Part shown: in pieces, positions 27,001 through 32,000 of the stretch
How the letters are laid out: each line of letters starts with the position of its first letter
Position numbering within the stretch: position 1 is the stretch's first letter
Notes under the pieces: generated by a model
Told to the model about the DNA's origin: nothing
What the model saw: the letters and a program-made list of their open reading frames with translations, nothing else
Database searches by the model: none
Program-made: the position numbers and the translations under genes
NCBI GenBank assembly: GCA_045598005.1
Contig: JAZLLF010000021.1
Location: 19,952-51,951 of the forward strand
Length of the DNA: 32,000 bases
Direction: 5' to 3'
Source of the DNA: Saccharofermentans sp.
GTDB taxonomy: Bacteria; Bacillota; Clostridia; Saccharofermentanales; Saccharofermentanaceae

Positions 27001-27515
27001 CAGAGCTTACAGCTAAGATTCTTAGTAAGGTAAATAGTGATCTTGCTGACGATATTGATGAAGGTGTATCACTTGAGGAATCTTATTTCATGACTCAGCT
27101 TGCTAACTTTGAGATTGATGAGCCACTTCTTGGTGCCAAGGAGACAAAGTCTCATTGTATCTTTGATATTCCACTTCTTATGAAGAAGTCAGCTACACCT
27201 GACATCTATTACGAAGAGGATGTTGTAAACATGCTGAAGGTTTCAATCCAGGAGATTAAGCGTTATATTTCTAACTTCTGTTCTCCAAGTGATTTACCTG
27301 TAGCTGTAAAGACAGTTATCCTTGATCAGTTCGCTAAGCATCTTGAGTCACTTAAGATTGAAGCTAAGTCAAACAAGCTTGTTTATACAGAGCCACTCTT
27401 CGAGAAGACATGTGATGTTATTTATAACGCACTTTATGAGATCGATTGTAAGAGAGATGCTCGTAAGATTTATGAGACAATGCAGAATCTTAAGAGACAG
27501 TCAGCACAGGACTAA
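24057..27515 (+). CDS. giant tubulin/FtsZ-superfamily GTPase-like protein (Pfam Tubulin_2-like, from memory)
   Basis: N-terminal LLIGLGGTGSKI (T1-like G-rich loop, nt 24081-24101), FAVFDTD (compare FtsZ NTD) and SSLAGGTGSGLILP (tubulin signature GGGTGSG-like, A147-G153, nt 24495-24515). About 900 further residues have no TM. Strong RBS AAGGAGG. Confidence 0.75.
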   Translation: MNAPTLLIGLGGTGSKIISKVSAMVSPEERNNISFAVFDTDINELRVIQETHPFIKTIQTSTRQAVGEYLNIDTHARDTWFPVNGILNGKALSEGAGQVRSISRLALETAIRSGKMEPLHEAVQELYKVEEDKQEQALRVVIVSSLAGGTGSGLILPVALYVRNYLKTHFRLSANITRGFFILPEVFYGVIKGPTERNNLKANAYAAIRELDAFLMKNDDTLHERYKDSVAIHFPKVASEGYEEYDVRPYDFCFLFDAQNAEGGKLNSFDQYLDHAANCIYAQSIGPMNKRSNSSEDNTIRKLAKEHGRNRYAGAGVSMLVYPFEDIKKLFALKWAKQSVSSLWLKYDNLYKEYVKDRASLREEGLSIGDNQTLAEYYVSQVESDNAADVPFARAIYVASGNYRNGVTRETDKWDMYVAELMNKIGEDISSTASSLDSRARDVRSRINELGQDKDWSTFITVYNDMQEYALLSEQYVTNVSQTIAHSLFRGSHTSGANNCEQPYKLEYYIAPEGKYMHPNAARYLLIKILERMKETKMSVEQGKVKSKKFFETFEKNTFDDTKTDAEETVDDLARRKKSLNTKADMTQMADDFSNYLTIVKKYQAQCAQDYVLMKGIEYIETLINSYEQFFMSFESKVEGMDKEIANIYKKYSDTKGTTVRYVSASKDCLDKMYEKKPYTGGVVSIDSKLAQTIYDQVLEYSLLREKPNANRYFNKLFDDGIIGYFEDSVMNSYGAELDIDAITALQNEADYIGGFDDADDADKLIIQYVKKVIEDTRKLACPFIERPLGETTDPINSCTFNKSLKPDKGDESPISQIIRSELLDYGGEADEDVPRKMIMFYSSFYGLRANDLSKFAPPEKTETYNRTGGEYFKAYFDLIQGIHPSSQKSKGISPHCDRWWHIITKMPDLDEENQAKQEYDIYSAFFWAFYYRFVSLKSENNKQIYKFSKLLLDMDDDTLIVSNGTDCDKFYEVLDAIAIYPELTAKILSKVNSDLADDIDEGVSLEESYFMTQLANFEIDEPLLGAKETKSHCIFDIPLLMKKSATPDIYYEEDVVNMLKVSIQEIKRYISNFCSPSDLPVAVKTVILDQFAKHLESLKIEAKSNKLVYTEPLFEKTCDVIYNALYEIDCKRDARKIYETMQNLKRQSAQD

Positions 27516-27552
27516 TAACTAACTTTAAAAAATAATAATCGGAGGTGAAGGC

Positions 27553-29511
27553 ATGTATTCTGTACTTATTCAGAATCAGAGAACAATGGATTTGTTTAAT
27601 GATTTCCAGCCATTGTTTTCTGAAGCATTAAATGATGACAGAATAGGTGTATGTAAGTGGTTTGAAAATGGAACCACTATTGACACAGCACTTCCTGAAA
27701 TTAGAGATTTAACTGATGATAAAGAGGAATGGCGTGCCATTATCGTTAATGTTGTTGACGATAATGGTGTGTCCAGTTTCTCTTCAAGTGCGATTAATCC
27801 ATTTGATTTTGACATTAATAAGCTTCCTGATGACGGAGAAGATCATGACAATGATCCCGTTATTGAAAGTCCTGTTCCGCTAATTAGACTTACACATATG
27901 CTTGGTGGTTTCCCTGAGTTTGATGTTCGTTATGAAACTAAGGTAAAGCATGAGCATGGTAAGGCTGACAGAGATATTTATGTTGTGAAGGATTGTCCTG
28001 TTCGTGAGGCAACTCATGAGAAACTTGTTCGTAAATACAGATATAGTGGTAAGGCGCCTTCTTCTATTATTCTTGTAACAGTAAGAGAAAAACTCGAAGA
28101 GAACAGACATACTCTTAGTAAGCATTGGCTTAATCATATGGAATCTGATGCAGATGAGTTCTGGAAGCGTAATATGTATCCACATATTTGCCGTTTCCTT
28201 GTTTTTGATAAAGAAGACTCAGGACCAGTTCAGAAGGATGCTGATGATTTCAGATTCTGGTCATCGGTTGCTCTTCTTGCAACAAACGACATTGATGCAG
28301 GCGTTTTGCAGGCATATCGTCTTTATAATTTGAACGCTAGAATTAATCGTTCAAATATGGAAGAGTTTTTGCAGAATTACACAGACCGACTTCGTGATGC
28401 AAAGCGTGCTTTCGAGTATCAGATTAAAAGCGATATTAAGAATATGGTTTCCAAAGAGGAGACTTTGCCAGAAGATATTGAGATTAAGGTTCCTGTAGCA
28501 ATTAAGGTTCCCAAAATTGATGATATTGAGATTAAGTCCAAGTCTCTTCCTTTTCTTGCGGATAGCAGCAATATGGATATTCGCGTATGGAATGAGAGAA
28601 CTTCAAGAGCTGAAACTAATATGGCGAAGGCTGTTAAGGAAGCAGAAAGAACACTTGATCGTACTGTAAACAGAATGAGAAGTTCACTTGAGTATGATAA
28701 AGATGCTGTTGAGCCACTTAATAAGTATCAGGAAGAGGATCTTTCTGATCTTATCAGCAAGATTTATGCCAATATCGTAGATGTTCAGGGTCAGCTTCCT
28801 TCAAAGGATATTAACGAGGATAAAGAATTAAACAGGACATCAGAAAATGTACGTGAGTTCCTTAAGTCTCGTATAACAAAATCTGCTGCCGGTTTTACAC
28901 TTAGTGTTGTTGCTGGTCTTATGGTTTTATCTTTTATTCCTGCAATTATCTATTTCTTTGTTGATAAGAGGGGTTTCCCAGAGGTAGTTGGACTTACTTT
29001 CCTTTGCTCACTTCTTTTTGTTGCTCTTTGCGCTTTTATTGTTGTTCTTATTCAGAAACTTAAGTTGAAAGAACTTTTAAAAGCATATAATGAACAACTT
29101 AAACTTAAAATCAATAAGATGATGGGTAATGCAAGTATTTACTCTGAATATATTTCAAGTATTGCATCTCATACCAGAGGCAAGACTTATCTTGAGCATT
29201 CTTCAAATATTAAAACACTTGGAGATGATGTTCATAGCACTAAATATAAGCATATTACTGCTATTAACGCTCTTCTTAACAAGGTTAAAAAGTGGAATAA
29301 CGCATACCATCTTAAGGTTGATTTTGCTGCGGCACGACCTAATTACATGATAGAAGTTGATTCTTCTGTTAAGCCATCTGAAAACAGACTTTATCAGTTT
29401 GATTTTGGTAAGACATATTCAGTTGAAATTAATGATTCAGGTATGAATATTGAGGCACCTTTTAACTTTGTAAGTAACTTAGATATTGAAAGGGAGGAAC
29501 TGTATGGATAA
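27553..29511 (+). CDS. hypothetical protein with charged, probably helical region and C-proximal TM hairpin
   Basis: RBS GGAGGTGA. Two hydrophobic helices (AAGFTLSVVAGLMVLSFIPAIIYFFV and VVGLTFLCSLLFVALCAFIVVLIQ) sit about 200 aa from the C-terminus. A charged, heptad-like stretch precedes them. No motif recognised. Confidence 0.65.
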   Translation: MYSVLIQNQRTMDLFNDFQPLFSEALNDDRIGVCKWFENGTTIDTALPEIRDLTDDKEEWRAIIVNVVDDNGVSSFSSSAINPFDFDINKLPDDGEDHDNDPVIESPVPLIRLTHMLGGFPEFDVRYETKVKHEHGKADRDIYVVKDCPVREATHEKLVRKYRYSGKAPSSIILVTVREKLEENRHTLSKHWLNHMESDADEFWKRNMYPHICRFLVFDKEDSGPVQKDADDFRFWSSVALLATNDIDAGVLQAYRLYNLNARINRSNMEEFLQNYTDRLRDAKRAFEYQIKSDIKNMVSKEETLPEDIEIKVPVAIKVPKIDDIEIKSKSLPFLADSSNMDIRVWNERTSRAETNMAKAVKEAERTLDRTVNRMRSSLEYDKDAVEPLNKYQEEDLSDLISKIYANIVDVQGQLPSKDINEDKELNRTSENVREFLKSRITKSAAGFTLSVVAGLMVLSFIPAIIYFFVDKRGFPEVVGLTFLCSLLFVALCAFIVVLIQKLKLKELLKAYNEQLKLKINKMMGNASIYSEYISSIASHTRGKTYLEHSSNIKTLGDDVHSTKYKHITAINALLNKVKKWNNAYHLKVDFAAARPNYMIEVDSSVKPSENRLYQFDFGKTYSVEINDSGMNIEAPFNFVSNLDIEREELYG

Positions 29512-32000
29512 CGCACGTTATGTGTTAACAGTTCTATTAGTTATAACGGCAATTAATCTGCTTTTAAGTTTGCTTCAGAACCTTATTAACGGAAGAAAAC
29601 TTAGAAGAGTTCGCCATGTCCCACTTATCCCGGGATCTTTTGTTCTGGCTGCTGCTGGCTGTGGATTAATGATTTATTACTATGAGAAATTATTTGCAAT
29701 TTATAATGAACTCGCAATTCTTCGAGGCATTATAAATGCAGATATTGTAGTAATTAATATTGTGCTGCTTGCAGCTTTTGTTCTTGTGAAACTAATCGTA
29801 AGACCTATAGTTGTAGCACTTTGTAAAGATGAGTCACTTCTTGAGAAGTTTTCTTATGGTTTCTACTGGTTTGATGATTTTTATGGCGAGTGGTTCCTCA
29901 TGGAGAAGTGGGTTAAATTCAGGAAGTTTTTCCTGACTGTTTATATCGCTTCAATTGTTGCTGGAAGCATTGTTATTTCAATCACAATGATTAAGGGACC
30001 ATATTCAAAGCTCTATTTCCTTTCTGTTCCTGCGGTTATGATGATCGTTCTTGGAGAGATGTATGGTTATATTAACGGCCAGACTAAGGAAGAGTTTGAG
30101 CACAGCATTATGGGTGATAACTCTGTTTCAAAGAGAATTCACAATTATTTCAAGCTACGTCCAGTATTAGAGAAAATTTTTGAAGAACCACTTATCTCTG
30201 CAAATAGTGGTAATGAATTTGTTGGAAGAGAAACACCAGTCGATCTTATGAAGGAGATGGCAGAATCTGAAGACAAGATCGATAAGGTTGTTGCTGACTT
30301 TTTCCAGATTAATGACAGATATAAGAATGCGGAAGTTGATTATTTTGATGCAACAAGAAAGATGATGCACAGACAAAATATCATCTTCAACAATCCTTTC
30401 TATAAGGATCTTGAGACATATATAACACTTCCACTTTCTGCTTCACTTCTTTCAAAGAAGAATGTTGTTGTGCTTTGTGGACGCCAGTCTGTTGCAGAAG
30501 ATGTTAAAGAGTGGCTCCATAATCTTTTGGCTGGTTACAGCCATATTGATAGTCTCTGGCGAGTTGGTTTCTTCAGCGAGCAGGATCCTTCTTTTGAGGT
30601 AGGAATTCTTACATTTACTCAGATTTATGATAAGAACGTTCTTAATGTTAATAAGGAATTCTTAAAGCAGGCGGATTTCTGTCTTATTATTGAGCCTTCA
30701 GTAATGCTTAATACAAGTCAGGTTGCATTAAGTATTCTTGGTAATGAGATGGCTACAAATGGTAAGCCAGTTTATTGCGTTTGTGACAGAAGTTCGGATG
30801 GTCTTGTTGATACATTATCCCATGTATTGAGATCAGAATTTGTAGAAGTAGTTGCTATGCCAGTTCCTCGCTGCAGTTATACAGGTATGACCTGGGATGC
30901 TGATGGTGACTTTAAGCGTCAGGAGTTGTTTGACAAGCAGACACGTTATCTCGGTAATGGTGTTGAACTTGCTGCTGTTGCTGTTCGTAATCAGGTTTCA
31001 AGTGCAAGATGGTACAGTGAATCCAAGATTCCACTTCGTGATGTTAAGTGGATTACAGGTCAGAGTTATGCAACTATCTGCCGTTATATGAACACGCCTG
31101 TACAGCAGACAAGTATCTATGACAAAATTGAATTTATTCCAAATCTTTGGAGTGCTTCACAGGAGAAAGAGCAGTTTATTATTGTTGAAGATGAGTTCTG
31201 TAATCTTTATAGCATGATGAGAGTATTCCTCTCACGTGGTACAGATCAGTCATTCATTAATGTTATGTCAGAGAATTACCTCTTACGTGACTATATGCGT
31301 TGTAATAAGCAGCTTTTCATTGCTAATCCACATGCAGTTCCATCTTTTGTTCCAGATTATGCAAAGACAGAGCGTAATACTCTCCTTAAGCTCCTTATTA
31401 TGATGTCTATGCATCAGGTTAGCGAAAGCGAAATCGCTGCCGAATTCCGCCTTGCAGGAATTGATGATTCCGATATTCCTACAAAGCTTTCTGAACTTTT
31501 ACGCACATATACATTTGCATCCGATAAGATTATCAAGCCTACTAATGAGAAAAGTGAGATTGATGAACTTGGAATCTTCACAACAAATTTTTACAGCATT
31601 TCTGATGAAGATTTTGATAGTAACTTTGAGGATACACTCAAAAACGCTTATTACGTTATTGAGGATGAAGTTGATGAGAAGAGTTATATCGATGCCAAGT
31701 TATTCAGTCATGTAACACAGACTATCCTTCCAGGCCAGTATGTGACTTATGACGGTAAGTACTACGTTGCAAAATATGTAGCACCTTCAAGTGGAGTAAT
31801 TTTGAGAAGACCTTCTGATCTCTTTGAAGGACGTAAGTACTATAGACAGATCCGTAAGTATAACATTCTCAAGGCTGCACCAGATATGACACCTGTTTTT
31901 GAAGGTGTTTATTCTGATGACAGAGTTGTGTCATGTAAGACAATTACAGATATTGAATATGCAGTATATAAGACAGATTTCTCTGTTGATACAACTGGAT
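29504..32000 (+). CDS. large polytopic membrane protein, 3'-truncated by the window edge (>832 aa)
   Basis: Absent from the ORF track because no stop is reached. I translated 29504-31999 codon by codon and found no stop. AGGGAGG at 29491-29497 lies 6 nt before the ATG, and ATG 29504 overlaps the upstream stop (ATGGATAA). N-terminal ~190 aa hold 4-5 hydrophobic helices; the rest is soluble with no motif recognised. Confidence 0.7.
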   Translation, partial: MDNARYVLTVLLVITAINLLLSLLQNLINGRKLRRVRHVPLIPGSFVLAAAGCGLMIYYYEKLFAIYNELAILRGIINADIVVINIVLLAAFVLVKLIVRPIVVALCKDESLLEKFSYGFYWFDDFYGEWFLMEKWVKFRKFFLTVYIASIVAGSIVISITMIKGPYSKLYFLSVPAVMMIVLGEMYGYINGQTKEEFEHSIMGDNSVSKRIHNYFKLRPVLEKIFEEPLISANSGNEFVGRETPVDLMKEMAESEDKIDKVVADFFQINDRYKNAEVDYFDATRKMMHRQNIIFNNPFYKDLETYITLPLSASLLSKKNVVVLCGRQSVAEDVKEWLHNLLAGYSHIDSLWRVGFFSEQDPSFEVGILTFTQIYDKNVLNVNKEFLKQADFCLIIEPSVMLNTSQVALSILGNEMATNGKPVYCVCDRSSDGLVDTLSHVLRSEFVEVVAMPVPRCSYTGMTWDADGDFKRQELFDKQTRYLGNGVELAAVAVRNQVSSARWYSESKIPLRDVKWITGQSYATICRYMNTPVQQTSIYDKIEFIPNLWSASQEKEQFIIVEDEFCNLYSMMRVFLSRGTDQSFINVMSENYLLRDYMRCNKQLFIANPHAVPSFVPDYAKTERNTLLKLLIMMSMHQVSESEIAAEFRLAGIDDSDIPTKLSELLRTYTFASDKIIKPTNEKSEIDELGIFTTNFYSISDEDFDSNFEDTLKNAYYVIEDEVDEKSYIDAKLFSHVTQTILPGQYVTYDGKYYVAKYVAPSSGVILRRPSDLFEGRKYYRQIRKYNILKAAPDMTPVFEGVYSDDRVVSCKTITDIEYAVYKTDFSVDTTG

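Noticed and set aside
30420-30720. Possible degenerate helicase/ATPase motifs in the last ORF (KKNVVVLCGRQS as a Walker-A-like strand, ADFCLIIEPS as a DExx-like strand)
   Set aside because: There is no GK(S/T) P-loop and no further helicase motifs that I can line up. The resemblance is too weak to report as a call.
850-31715. All other 60-117 aa ORFs in the track nested in or antisense to the long genes (e.g. 850..1074-, 2192..2512-, 2789..3138+, 4271..4573-, 4748..4996-, 5738..6091-, 6349..6558-, 7694..7888-, 8478..8768-, 9553..9885+, 10722..11357, 14008..15431, 15641..15835-, 16681..16919, 17308..17490-, 18460..18654+, 19644..20261+, 20868..21408, 22833..23117, 24534..24725-, 26502..26862, 27322..28333, 29129..29350+, 30167..30376-, 30897..31091+, 31452..31715+)
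   Set aside because: Each lies completely inside a much longer ORF that has recognisable motifs or paralogues. Their compositions are low-complexity, none has an evident RBS, and they are best explained as chance open frames.
6700-32000. Whether the cluster is a mobile genomic island or prophage fragment
   Set aside because: No integrase, transposase, recombinase, tRNA gene, flanking direct repeats or phage structural genes are visible in the window, and base composition looks similar on both sides of 6700 by eye. The 3' end is not in the window, so mobility cannot be claimed.

Overview
AT-rich (by eye mid-30s % GC), almost fully coding segment that looks Firmicutes/Clostridia-like; the taxon is inferred from codon usage and gene content only. 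Bases 1-6700 carry ordinary envelope and housekeeping genes: a 5'-truncated hypothetical, a GT2-GtrA glycosyltransferase, CorA, a divergent pair of MATE exporters, a CE4 polysaccharide deacetylase and peptide deformylase. This block ends in a clean rho-independent terminator. From about 6720 to the window end (>25 kb) lies one co-directional, tightly packed cluster. In order it encodes an orphan acidic protein, a PP2C phosphatase, and a 1366-aa Ser/Thr kinase fused to a Rossmann-like/RyR-like module and a Card1/Can2-like (CARF-like + PD-(D/E)xK nuclease) module. These are followed by a stand-alone RyR-domain protein, a polytopic membrane protein carrying the same Rossmann/RyR module, and a papain-like (C1) lipoprotein peptidase. 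Next come three tandem paralogues with the layout signal peptide / vWA(MIDAS) / beta-rich region / TM / conserved cytoplasmic tail, a 1152-aa tubulin/FtsZ-superfamily GTPase, and a 652-aa protein with a TM hairpin. The last gene is a >832-aa polytopic membrane protein that is absent from the ORF track because it runs off the window. I read this as an expanded, membrane-spanning relative of the TerY-P triad (vWA + PP2C + kinase), coupled to a tubulin-like GTPase and a nuclease-type effector. Its function is unknown; it could be a conflict/defence system or a surface-to-cytoskeleton signalling apparatus. I saw no rRNA, tRNA, CRISPR array, transposase or integrase.
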